A DNA stretch of 64,000 nt from Flaccisagitta enflata (Eukaryota): contig OZ231126.1 in NCBI GenBank assembly GCA_965153355.1, positions 39,494,001 to 39,558,000 on the forward strand, in the 5' to 3' direction. The translations under genes and the position numbers were made by a program. This document shows positions 42,675 through 64,000 of the stretch, in pieces. Within the stretch, counting starts at the first letter, position 1; every line of letters begins with the position of its first letter. The notes below the pieces were generated by a model that saw only the letters and a list, made by a program, of their open reading frames with translations, did not search any database and had not been told where the DNA came from.

Positions 42675-42760
42675 CTCTTAATAAAGTATCACTATGGCGC
42701 GTTTTGAGAATGACATTATGCAATTCACTTTAACATCACCCAGTGTTTCTTGTTTTCGTT

Positions 42761-43038
42761 TTTAGATGCGTCCGTCAGGAACGCATCTCTATAAGAGGGT
42801 CTGTCCGTCCGTCCGTCCGTCGGTCCGTCGGTCCGTCCGTAACGCCTGTTCAAAAACCGCGTTTCTCGGCTGTTTTTGGCCACGGTGAGATCCTACACTG
42901 AAACAAATGATAAACCAACATGTTTTGAGAGTCTCCGCATCCGTCTGTTTGTCCATTTGTCACTCCATACATATGTCACATAATCAATATATGCGCTGAG
43001 ACACAGCCCGGACGCATCGTTGCCCGGTCGGGCTTGTT
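42761..43038 (+). mobile_element. HINE/DINE-1-like element, family D (copies at 27072-27343, 36928-37183, 61888-62175)
   Basis: AGATGCGTCCGTCAGGAACGCATCT hairpin, (GTCC)n, GGACGCATC, GCCCGGTCGGGC stem, TTGTT. Confidence 0.75.
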
Positions 43039-43068
43039 CCCTTATCCCCAGCCTATTTGCGTGTCAAG

Positions 43069-43834
43069 TAGGGTGACCAAAAGTATGGTCAAATTCGAAT
43101 TTCATCTTTCTCGCGGGAGAAACGTGACCATTTCCATCACAGACGATAACCCTAAAATCTGGTGATGATACACGCTTTTCTTTTTATAAGAACACTGTTT
43201 ATAAGAACATCAGCCTCAGATTCAGCCAAAAAATAAGAACATTTTAAGAACATGCTGAGCCTCAGATTTGAAGATAAGAATATAAGTTTTTAAAAAAGTA
43301 ATAAAATTAGATGAAACACCCTGAATTATAGATATTTTGATAAAGCTTACTAAAATGATAATTCATCATTTATTGAATATTAATCTTACATTTTTTTTAT
43401 TTAATGAAAATGTTTTTTTTTTACAATTGCTTGAAAAAAAACAAACTTTTATTTTGATACAGATATATAATTAAAGAGATTATCTAATTCAAAAATAAGA
43501 ACATGATAAGAATGCTTGAGCCTCAAAAAGAAGCTGAAAATAAGAACGCTGAGGCTGACTTTAGAAATCCATGTTCTTATAAAATGAAAAGCGTGTAAGA
43601 TAAAGTTTACTCATGACCGCCACTCCCATTATATCCCATAGAAAATGCATAGGAAGAATTCTGGTCTTATTCCAGCCCTATGTTTTACAATGGGAAAAGG
43701 GGTTGGGTGGCGGTCATGAATAAATTTTATCTGATCATCACCAGATTTTAGAGTTATCATCTGTGGTGGAAATGGACACATTTCTCCCGCGAGGAACACT
43801 AAATTCGGACTTAACCATACTTTCAGTCACCCTA
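43069..43834. mobile_element. hAT-type foldback MITE
   Basis: TIR TAGGGTGAC extending >130 bp; perfect 8-bp TSD GTGTCAAG. Confidence 0.9.
43171..43595. mobile_element. TA-flanked MITE nested in the left arm of the hAT element
   Basis: TIR CACGCTTTTC..TTTTATAAGAACA; TA duplicated; removing it restores symmetry of the host arms. Confidence 0.85.
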
Positions 43835-44369
43835 GTGTCAAGCTCCTGCCAACCCTCAGGCGTTCGCCCCCTCCCCCTCTCCTCCTCACCACCCATATTC
43901 GACCGTCTCAACTGTGTTTCTTTTCGGAGTTATGAATTAGCAAGAAAAAAGCCGTCTAATTACATTCACTCTTTCAGTTTCTGGGTAACTACGTCCGATC
44001 GGGAAAGCAAATTTCGAAAAAAAAAGATTGGCCCTAGTGTTGTAGTGCTACGTCCTAAGTGCTTAATGTGCTGCGTATGACACGTGAGATGAATGACATG
44101 TGCTTCAAAAGATTTGCGTGTCATGCGATATTTGTCGCTTTAAACCGTTTTTTTTCGCATGAGTCAAGAAACGTCCTTGAACTGGCGGTTATGTCAATTG
44201 CGGCAACAGTCTGCCACTGTTCTAGATACTTAAGGATGAAATTGTGTTTTTCTTTTCGCGTGTGCCGACTGCATATCTCTCTTTCGGCCTTGAATAACTT
44301 TTTCAGATGAGTCTACTCTGTCCGTCTTGCTGCCACGGCATATAACCTTGCTAATGGTCTGAGAGCATA

Positions 44370-44910
44370 CAGTACCAGATCTCGTCTAGACTTGAGATGA
44401 CGGGGGCAGGATAATGGGAAGAGAAATGAAGCGAGGGGACTGATATTTGGAATATCAACTTATAAAAGAATGACTTATTCCCCATGATGGTCGGTTGTCA
44501 TGGAAACACATTTTCATGCATTCTCGCTAAAACATCAATATTTTGAGAGATTTTTTTAGGGAACATTGCTTAAAATCAAATCTCTTGCAACTTTCCCACA
44601 ATATGTTTTGTAAGAGTATTGCTTATCTAGCCATTGCTAAGGTAAGGGGCGTTTCTATGTATGACAACCCCTAGCAACTGCTAAACCAGCGAGATTCCTA
44701 CAGAACATACTGTGGGAAATTTAATTCTAAGAAATGTTCCCTCAAAAAAATTCTCAAAATATTAATATTTCAGCAAAAGTACATGGAAATGTGTTTCCAT
44801 GGCAACCAGCTGTCATCTGGGCAATAAAGCATTTTTTTATAAGTTTTTATTTCAAATATCAATACCCTGACTTCATTCGTTTTTCTACAATGTCTAGACG
44901 AGATCTACTG
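44370..44910. mobile_element. Foldback MITE, pogo/Tigger-like ends
   Basis: TA-CAGTA(CC)AGATCTCGTCTAGAC ... GTCTAGACGAGATCTACTG-TA; the two halves are inverted over nearly the whole length. Confidence 0.85.
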
Positions 44911-45034
44911 TAACACTTTGGGACAAAACTAGTTATGTCTGCACGAATCACGTTTGGCAGAAGCTAGTTCAGTTGCATTCACTGAGCAAGAAAATATTTA
45001 CAGACTGTCAGAAAGACACACACAACACACACGC

Positions 45035-45139
<105 letters not shown>

Positions 45140-45305
45140 AACACACACACACACACATCAATTAATCAATTTGAAGTTTTGGTATCTAGAAATGAGTCTT
45201 TTTTTATGCTTGATTTATTTTGTTCAAAGTTCATATAAGATAATTTGAATTGCGAATGTAGTGACAAATCGAAATAGGATTTCAAGTACACGTCACAGAA
45301 TCAAT

Positions 45306-45347
<42 letters not shown>

Positions 45348-45689
45348 TAGACAGAAAGGTACTATGACACACATTTTGATGCTAAATGCAAATTGCTGGT
45401 TCATGGGACTGGGGTCAAGGAGTAGTAGGCTTTAACATAAAGAAATGTGAACTTCACGTTGTGAAGATTTCCAAAGAATCTGGCATAGTAAATGTGTAAC
45501 GATTTTCGAGTTATGTTCCACAGAGAGTAAAGCATACAAGCTTGAAGTAAAATTTTAGGCCAAAATCTACGTCAATGGAAACCAAAGACAGCATTTCCAC
45601 AAAAACTGCTCATTGTAAGTCGTTGTTATTGCTTTTCGCTATTCAATTAAACATCAAATCAACCCAATTTTTATCAGTAATTGGGTGAA

Positions 45690-45957
45690 AATATACTTAA
45701 AATCGATTCATGAGTCTTGAATGATTTCCAATATCTCTCAATATCTATTTGAGAAAAGCAACTAAATATACTTAAAATCGACTAAATATACAACTAAATA
45801 TACAACTAAATATACAACTAAATATACAACTAAATATACTAAATATACTAAATTTACTAAATATACTAAATATACAACTAAATATACTTAAAATCGATTC
45901 ATGAGTCTTGAATGATTTCCAATATCTCTCAATATCAAATTGAGAAAAGCAACTAAA
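45690..45957. repeat. ~77-bp direct duplication enclosing a 12/9-bp ACTAAATATACA tandem array
   Basis: AATATACTTAAAATCGATTCATGAG..GAGAAAAGCAACTAAA at 45690 and 45881. Confidence 0.9.
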
Positions 45958-46172
45958 AAAAAATGGAAGGACAAGTGTGATCAACCTTGAACACAAGCTT
46001 TTCACTACCTTTGTACGTAAGATCTAAAGAGTTAAAGATTCAAACTGGGTTAAATGAAACTGCCCATCGTCAATTCTTTTAAACTGCTGCGTCATATACA
46101 TTCGGAAGCGGATTAAGATTCTGGCACCGTCACACTGAACTCTCCCAACACAGAGCATTTCACATTGAGTTT

Positions 46173-55494
<9,322 letters not shown>

Positions 55495-55759
55495 GTTTGT
55501 TCACTGATGATTAATGAATTTTATAAACATTTTGATAAGAGTTCAATGAATATGATAGGAATGTGAACCTTTTTTTACCTTATTACCTTTTCAGAATGAA
55601 GTTAAAACATTTTCTTTGGTCTCTTTGGAATATTTATCTTCAATTTTTCTTCGCTGTCACTTACAAAAATACTTATCGATAAAAGTCTCTAAAGATCCGT
55701 TTTTGCGGGAGTGAATTATGCTTCTTTCATTACGTTCTCATTCCAAACTTCGTACTTTT

Positions 55760-55966
55760 TTGTTACGGACACGCAACTCTATAAGAGGCTTTGTCGGTCG
55801 GTCGGTCGGTCGGTCGGTCGGTCCGTCGGTCGGTCGGTCCGTCGGTCCGTGGACACGAGTCGAAAAGTGAGGAAATGAGCGTTTTAGAACATTTTTAGTT
55901 GCGGACAGTTGCATTTCTGCCCCTGCCCACCCGTCCGCAACTGATGGCCGTGTATCCGGCCTTGTT
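55760..55966 (+). mobile_element. HINE/DINE-1-like element, family B (copies at 7424-7645 +, 12123-12328 -, 13165-13285 -, 16978-17225 -, 17498-17669 -, 29744-29920 -)
   Basis: (A)GTTGCGGACACGCAACT-type hairpin, CTATAAGAGGCTTTGTC, (GGTC)n, GTCCGCAACT, GGCCGTGTATCCGGCC, TTGTT. Confidence 0.75.
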
Positions 55967-57484
55967 AGGGATATTTCTCATCCTTTTTAAAATAATACGA
56001 TTTGAACTGAAAACATACCTGGCAAACGATGGTTTTCTGTTCATCTGCTATCTTTTTTTAGATTAAAATCACAAACGACATAAAAGACATAGAACTTAGA
56101 GAATCTACATTTTCTAAACTGGCGAAGGGGAACAAGTTCGAACGGACTAAATACCGAAGCTAATCGATTTGAGAAGGTACTAAGGTCGCGTAGAAAAGCG
56201 ATAAGAGTTTTCGGCGTTTGAGTCGCATCTGTAATAGGACGTAGGTAAAGTAGGGCCAAGGCCACACAAAAAGCCGGTTGAAAACTCAGCAGGAGCGGAT
56301 GAATGATCACGTACAGAAGACCTCGCCAAGACATGAAGTACCGGAGGGGAGGGGGTTTGCATTATTTTGAATTGAATTGAATTGAATTAGTTTCCTTTTG
56401 TAGCCTTTAGTGTACGCGTTTCACAAATTTAAGGAATTGATGAGTCAATTAGCGCTACAAAAGAAAGGACTACACTAAGCCGTTAGGTCATCATGTTTCA
56501 AGGTAGCAGTGGATACAGTTTATCGATTTTTAGTGAGATTGCTTGAAAATAGTCGCCCTGAGGTCATGAATGGCATGATAAACGAAGTCAGAAAATGGAA
56601 TTTAGAAGAGTCTAAAAGAGGAGCGCCTGTTTAGCAAGTTGTGAACTTGGTCAGAACTCACATATTTTCACTCAGAAATACAAAAGCGTGGTACACTGAA
56701 CTATTGATGAAAATTTTTAGACCGAAACATAATTAAATTTTCTTAATTGAACAAAAAATAAAGAAAATAGAAATGATTCATGCTATAAAAGGGGTAAAAT
56801 GGGAGAAACAAGAAGCAGGAAAAAGCTAAAGAAAAAAGAAGAAGAAGAAAGAAGAAGAAGAAGAACAAGAAGAAGAAGAAGAACAAGAAGAAGAAGAAGA
56901 AGAAGAAGAAGAAGAAGAAGAATTAAGAAGAAGAGAAGAAGAAGAAGAAGAAGAAGAAGAAGAAGAAGAAGAAGAAGAAGAAGAAGAAGAAGAAGAACAT
57001 GAAGAACAAGAAGTAGTAGTGGATAAGAAGAAGAAGAAGAAGAAACAGAAGGAGAAGAAGAAATAGAAAAAGACGAAAAAGAAAAAGAAAAAGCAAAAGC
57101 AAAAGCAAAATGATATTAAGGAGAATATCAAGGAGAAGAAGAAAATAAATAAGGAACTCAGAATCAGGGCTAAAAACTCTAACTTCATTGCAAGGGTGCA
57201 TCATGGTACTGTTACTAGGAAAGTATGACGAGAAAATTCTTTTTCTCCATAACCCCATTTATTGGTATCAATCGATGCAGAATATCAAGGGCTTTCGATT
57301 GATACCCCATAATGCATGTTTAAACTACTTTTCTGACATTTTTAGCGCTATATATTGCCTTTGGCACCATTCTCGCCAGTCTGTCACTTGTTTGAATGTA
57401 ACTTTCTGCCGATTAAAATCCGTTCAGCGATGAAAATTTGACTTGAAAAATGCAGGGTTTCCGTCCAAAATTAACTAGTCACAT

Positions 57485-58031
57485 TTGGGTGCTTCACGTA
57501 GCAAAAGTTAGGAGTATCCCTTTTCTTTATTTAAATTATGTAAAAGAACAAAAATAAAAAAAATGATTTTTTTTTATTTTTTTCAAAACTCCTTCATATT
57601 CTGTTTTTGTTTTAGCTTTTAAATCTCAACAAAAATGAAAAAATCAGTAAAATCATATATAAAAAAGATACTAAAAAAGATAATCATTCATTTTTGAAAA
57701 TCATGATGTTTGTAGAAATGAATTAGAATATTAAAATACAAATTGTTGAACAAAAATTTAAATTAGCAGATTAACAATTTTATAAAGAAAATTTATAAAG
57801 CAGATTAGAAATTTAAAAAAAAAAAACAAATATCAATGTATCAAAAAATATCAATATATTGATTCATACCACTGTATTTTGCAAATATGATCATCAACAA
57901 AATTTTACTAAAAATAGAAGATAAACAATCTTCGATAAAAGAAAAATGGTAAAAATCCTAAAATTAGTAACTGCATATTAGGTAAAGAGGGTAAAAAGAA
58001 CTAGACAACTTTCGCTATGTGAAGCACCCAT
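57485..58031. mobile_element. AT-rich MITE
   Basis: TIR TGGGTGCTTCAC(G/A)TAGC(A/G)AAAGTT; TSD ambiguous (TAGTCACAT/TTGTCACAT or ATTT). Confidence 0.7.
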
Positions 58032-58367
58032 TTGTCACATCACCCACTCTAAGCCAGATCAAGCTGCTCTCCCTGCCAGCAGGGAAATGGAAAAAAAATG
58101 TTTTGAAACATTACGCTTCATCGTTTTTAGTTGTGGACACGGGACTCTAAACCTTGCTGTGTCGGTCGGTAGGTTACAAATTTTTTTGTATTCCGAGCAG
58201 TTTTTGCATTACTGCTCCTGCCCAACCGTCCGCGACTGGATTGCCTTGTTCTTTCTCTGGTTCTCTTCCTTTTCTTCTTTTCTTTCACTTTTTTAAACTG
58301 TTTTTCTTTCTTTTCTTTTTTTTTTCTTTTTTTTTCTGTCTTTCTTTCTTTCTTTCTTTCTTTCTTC

Positions 58368-58430
<63 letters not shown>

Positions 58431-58446
58431 TTTTCTTACTTTTCCC

Positions 58447-58501
<55 letters not shown>

Positions 58502-58505
58502 TCAT

Positions 58506-58553
<48 letters not shown>

Positions 58554-58872
58554 TTTTCTTACTTTTCCCCTTCCCCTTTTTGTCCTCTTCATATTTCCTT
58601 TGCTCTGTTTTTTCAAGGGGTAGGGGCTGTACCGCGCGGCCCCCCTCACCGAAGGGCCTAAAGCCTAAGCCTAAATGGAAATAAGCCGTAAATAGGAGTC
58701 TTTTTATGGGTGCGACAAAGCACCTCTATATCAGGCTTGGTTGGTTGGTTGGTCTGTTGGGTAACGCATTTGTTCGACGATCCACACGTCACACCTTATT
58801 GGCCAACTTGGCCTTGTTCTCAAAGCAATTCTTTCTGTGTGTATCTCATGCTGTCTGGTTGTTTTTGTTATT

Positions 58873-58947
<75 letters not shown>

Positions 58948-61748
58948 GGTTAGCACTTTTTAGTCGCATGCAGGCAACTCTACAACCCGCTTTGTCCGTC
59001 CATCCGTCCGTCCGTCCGTCCGATGGTCTGTCCAACTCTGTCGGTCCCGTTGTTAACAATTTAATTTCTTTAAGTCATTTAGGTCATTTGAGAGTATGCT
59101 AAGTCATTCTAAGTTGTTGTAAGTCATTCTAAATGTAAGACTCGCATGCAACTCATAGGTGTTGGATTTTCTTAAAATATGCGACATATTCATTATGATC
59201 GCGTTGCCTCGGATGAAATTAGAAAAAAAATGAAACCAGATTTAGAATCAATAAGGTCTAGACAATGTGTCCTGTTGAGTACAGCGGCGTACAGGGCTTT
59301 TTACAAGCGTGAAGGTATCTTTTTTCACAGTATGTCTCTTTCTATAAACCTCACTTATTTTTAATCGCTGAAAAATGACATTCTGACTCTATGGGCCCTT
59401 TCTACATAATACAAGACAAGTAAAATTATATAATAATTATTTTTTAAACATATTTTCATAGTCTGATCGCTCGTTTAAAAAAACAGTCAACTTTTTTTCC
59501 AACCTGATCACTCCACAATCGGCCGTGCAAATGTTCCTACTGTTACTTTCTTGGGAACTAATTTGTGAGATTAATGAGTAAGTTGTGTCATTTTTATCGT
59601 TTTTGGAATTTGACAAGTCGAAGATCGATTCCTCTGCTCCTCCTCATTTTCCTCCCGTCTCTCCTCCACCTCCCCTTCTTCATCCCACGAAGATCGATAG
59701 GTTTTCTTCGACTAGATCTTTAGTCGCGTGCACGCGACTCTATACCCCACTATGTCCTTTGGTAGGTCCGTCCTTCGGTAGGTCACATTTAACTTTTTTG
59801 GCGTTTACAGGCTGTTTTACATTACTGCTCCTGATGGTTTCTTATCACTGTACCTGCGAACCCGCATGTCACTTGGGTAGCTGTGTTTCCGGCCTTGTTT
59901 CTTAGCGCACCAGCTAGAAACAAGCCCATCAGATCTGCGGGCGTTATGACTAGGGATGTGGAAGCGGTTGATCTTTCCAATTGAATGGGTATGAAAGCTT
60001 CTAGTATTTGGACCACAAAATGAATGCGGAAGCGAAGGCGGAAACTGGATGTCAGGATAGGAGGACAGGGTGCAGTGACACTGTCACTGATAACATAGGG
60101 ATTATGTTAAAGGAGTTTGTTAGGTAGAACGACAGGAATGGATGGAAGGAACGAATGGATGATGAACTGATTGGTTGAAAATGTGAGTGTGTTTGAAAAC
60201 GGCGCTGAAGTAGAAGAGAGGCACTGTATTAAAAAATCTCTTTCTTGTAACTGTCCGATGACTATGAATCTGCACTTAAAAAAAGGCACAACAATATCAG
60301 GATGATATAAAATTCTAATAGCCATGCACTTATGAAAAATTTTCACGTCCTTGAAACGTTATGAGTTTTTTTCTAAAAAAAAAAGTTGATAAAATATTCT
60401 TCATTCGGGCTTCAAGCTTTGTGTTGACTTACACTTACTTTCAGAGGTAAAAAAGAAAATTGACACGTTTTTGCTGTATGGCACTCGTGTAGGACAGACT
60501 AATCGGTATTTTGTTTTATTAGTTTGCACGCAAATTCAATTGGCGGCACTAACACTAGTGACTTGTGTGGACATTGTTTTGTTCAAGTAACCGACCTTTT
60601 GGCACAATTACGTGGGGATCCATAACCCATATAAACAGAAACACCTTTCCACAGTCGAAATAATTCAATTGCTCCTGATGCTGTTACTGTAAATTGAATT
60701 ACAACTGTCACTGTCATTCTAAGTACACCTGCCAGTTACCACTTCCATTGTGCCGTTATGTCATAACTATTTCTGCGTTTCAGCGTCGCAACATTTACTA
60801 ATATTTTCCATGATACTGCCACTTTTATTGTAAATACTCATGAAATGGCAGGAATTTATCAATAAACTGGCCTATCATGATTTGACTAAACCTTGATTCA
60901 TTGGGTATCAATGGAAATGTAAATAATATTTTTTATTTACTTTCTACACTCATAATTCCTCTTTTTGTTAGTGTGTGTTGAGAGAGTTGAGATAAAACAA
61001 TCAGTGCAGTGGTGAAAAGAAGTCAGTGTATAGCCGCTTTTTAGGCAGCGGACCCGAGGGGACCAATGACCTATGCTTTTGCACATAGGGCAAATTTCTC
61101 TTCTCCGTCCGTCTACCCTCATGAGGCTCCACTCTCAGCCTCAAGGTCCATATTACCCTTTGGACCATAAAATGCGCCATAAATCTCCATGCCGCTATGC
61201 ATAGGTCACTGGTCCTTTTGGGGCCACTGCCCCTCTCACCATCTTATCCTTAACCCTGGGGCATCGGGTACCAGTGAATATCTAACGTCTTAGCGACTTT
61301 TTCCTTTTTCTTCGTCACCTGTCAGGAATTGTCTCGACTTTGTTCCACAGTTTGGGGTCATGTCGCCTTGAAAGAGAATACAAGGCCGGCTAATCAGTTA
61401 CGGTGGATGCGCGCGGGTGGGCAGGAACATTGATAAAAAGATACATCAACGCTGAGGTGTTGCTAGTTGCTCCATGGACGTAGGTAAACGCGAAGGGACG
61501 ACCCCTGACCGACGCACAGCCAAAATTGATAGATAATTTGCCATTTTTGTTTGAAAAGCAAAAAATAAACGATAGAAAGCAAGTGATGAAGAGGTCATTT
61601 TATAGCAACGTTTTGTAATGGGCATCAGAACAAATACTTTGGTAATCTTTAGTTTTGGACTTGCGCATTTGAGACACCATACTTATATATATATACATAT
61701 ATATGTGTTTGTTTGCTTGTTTGTTTGTGTGTGTGTTTGCGTGTGCGT

Positions 61749-61844
<96 letters not shown>

Positions 61845-62953
61845 CAGCCATCTACCATGATATATTTTGTAACCCTACATTACTTGTTTTTAGATGCGTC
61901 CTCGCATCTCTATAATAGGCATTGTCCGTCGGTCGGTTGGTCTGTCTGTTGGTTGGTAACGTATTCATTAAAAACATCAAAATCGAGCATTTCTTTAACA
62001 GAAAAGTGGTTCTGACCCAGTAAAAGAAGCATACATCTAGTAATTCATTCGTTAAATCATTAATTCATTCACAAATGACATTCATTCATGAAAAACACAT
62101 TCATTCATAAAAAGCATTCATTCATAAAAAACGTTCATTCAAAGAGGACGCATCGTTGGCCTACTTGGCCTTGTTTTTTCTCTCCCTACTTTTGAAATCT
62201 AAGACCGACGCCACGATTTTCTAGGACCAACAATTTGGAACATCCAAGGACGTCGCACACGTACACGTCCCTTGGACGTCCTTGGTCCTACGTCCAAGTC
62301 TGTTGTAGCATGTCGGTGTGAGTGTAACTTCCTGACTCACACGTTTCTGATAATCTACAGGTTCGTCCTTTATGTATTCATTTCTGTCTTTTTTTCGTTG
62401 TTATTACCGTTTTCTATCTCCGATTTGATTACTTTTCTTTCATTGTGATCGTTTCTTGTTTTTTTCTTTTTTGTTTCTTTTGTTTGTTTGTTTGTTTTTT
62501 TTTTTTGCTTTTTGTTTTTTTTTTTGTTCTTGTTTTTTTTTTCAGTTGGATCTCGCAGTTTCCTGGATTTACAATTTTAGTGAACGAAACTTTCGCGCTT
62601 TTGGCCTTTTTCAGGGACTGTTGCTCGGCCTTTCTTGCTCTGCTGGCCTTTCTCTTGGCCTTCGGCCTTCTTAGTCCCTCAGACTCGCGTTTTAGTTCGA
62701 GTCTCGAGTCAATCAAGCGTGAAAATTCAACCAACGACTCAGAAACATCTAAAAGACAAAACACTTTTTGGCGGTCAATATATGTGAATTTCCATAGGTA
62801 AATCACTCCTCCCTCACGACAACCAGGCCTTAAAGTCTTGATCCTGTAAATACCGTATATCCTCTAATTAGCGCAACCCCTAAAAAAGTTCCACCTCGAT
62901 TATGTTTTTTGTACTTTTCAATATATTTGAAATGCAGATGTTTATTGTGTTAT

Positions 62954-63032
62954 AGGGTTAGGGATAAGGTCAGGGATAGTCTTAGGGGTAAGGTTAGGGT
63001 TGGGGTTAGGGCTAGTGTTAGGGGTAGGGGGT
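62954..63032 (+). repeat. Degenerate TTAGGG-like repeat
   Basis: TAGGGTTAGGGATAAGGTCAGGG..GGTTAGGGTTGGGGTTAGGG. Confidence 0.65.
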
Positions 63033-63039
63033 GTTTTAG

Positions 63040-63508
63040 GCTTAATATCTACTTGCCGATTGAAAGTTTGCTCTGGTGGAATTTTCGGGACCCAAGCTAA
63101 CTTATGGCGCAGAAGTGAAAGATTTAACTGCCACTGAAAAAAATCAATTTAGCGTTGCAATCAACAATGCTGTACGTCGTATTTTCGGCTTCCGTTATTG
63201 GCAGAGTATCCGTCAGATTCGTGAATTCTTTCATAACAAATCTATTGACGAAATATTTTCAATGGCGAGAAAACGCTTTTTAAACTCAATAAAGTTTCAT
63301 AGAAATGATACTCTGAGATTTCTGGCAAATCTTCAGCGAGAGACTGAAGAAACTGAGCGTTGTCGAGTTTTATGACTTGTCTCTCTGCCCCCCCCCTCAT
63401 TCCCCCCCCCCCCAATTTTGTAGTAGACTGTAGAGTTGTCTTTGATTGAAGAATGGATTGTCGCATTTTCATGTTGACGAAAATACACACAATAATAATA
63501 ATAATAAT
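63040..63508 (+). mobile_element. 5'-truncated non-LTR retrotransposon (LINE) fragment
   Basis: PKLTYGAEV...INNAVRRIFGFRYWQSIRQ resembles the post-RT region of LINE ORF2; stop at 63375, short 3' UTR and (AAT)n tail at 63491-63508. Confidence 0.72.
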
Positions 63509-64000
63509 TACCTCATCTACAAAATTACCAATCTTAGCCCAGCATAGGTCATCGGCTACTTGGGGCCGCTGCCCCTCTGCTGCCCCTACTGGTTGCTCTC
63601 AAGGAATAAATGATTTAGCAAATTATACACTGATTGGAAAATGATGTTTAGAATGAATAGTCGCAAAAGCGCTAGATGGTCAGTGGTACCTGTGTCCTGC
63701 CTAAGTAGGTTGTGCTTGATGTTGAAGGGGAAGCAGGGCCGCGGCCCCAAAGGTGTCAATGACCTATGCTTTCACATAATTTTTCCTTCTCCTCCTTCTC
63801 CTCCATCAACCTCCCCTCAAATCCCAGTCTCCAGGCCCAAATCTCAGCCTCGAAGCCCAAATTCTAGTCTCAGAGCCTAAATCCCAGCCTTGAGGCCCAC
63901 ATCCTAGCCTTGAGGCCTAAATCTCAGCCCCGAGGCTGGGATCTGGACCTATTGGCTGGGATTTGGACCTTGATGCTGAGATTTGGGCCTCAAGGGTGGG

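Noticed and set aside
62429..62806. Lys-rich 125-aa minus-strand ORF
   Set aside because: Half is poly-A/T low complexity; no family motif or linked exons identified, though a coding fragment is not excluded
62954..63032. Chromosome end or true telomere
   Set aside because: Short, degenerate and internal; adjacent to transposon fragments

Overview
Eukaryotic (metazoan, probably invertebrate) genomic DNA, AT-rich and extremely rich in microsatellites and small non-autonomous transposons. Three intron-rich genes can be reconstructed by hand. (1) A glutamate decarboxylase (group II PLP decarboxylase, GAD-type signature) on +, ~3984-22082, 14 coding exons. One of its exons has a TG instead of an AG acceptor, and its first exon has an apparent frameshift. 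(2) A ~478-aa type I membrane protein on -, 25705-34395, with a single FN3 domain split by two large loop insertions, one containing a polybasic furin-like site. (3) An SLC35G/EamA-family transporter on -, 46173-55494, ~1368 aa, with a ~770-aa disordered N-terminal extension and a ~170-aa Thr/Cys-rich loop. Introns and intergenic DNA hold ~30 DINE-1/HINE-like (Helentron-associated) elements in at least 4 families, hAT elements with 8-bp TSDs, TA-flanked Tc1/mariner-type MITEs, Transib-like elements with CAC(T)RTG ends and 5-bp TSDs, a LINE 3' fragment and an 81-bp minisatellite. Two patterns are not explained by these features: (GA)n/(GAA)n repeats sit just after splice donors while (CT)n repeats sit just before acceptors, and a recurrent GAAAG-N13-CTTTC palindrome is shared by transposons with different termini. 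No rRNA, tRNA or CRISPR array was seen. All homology calls come from my recall of family motifs, not from database searches.
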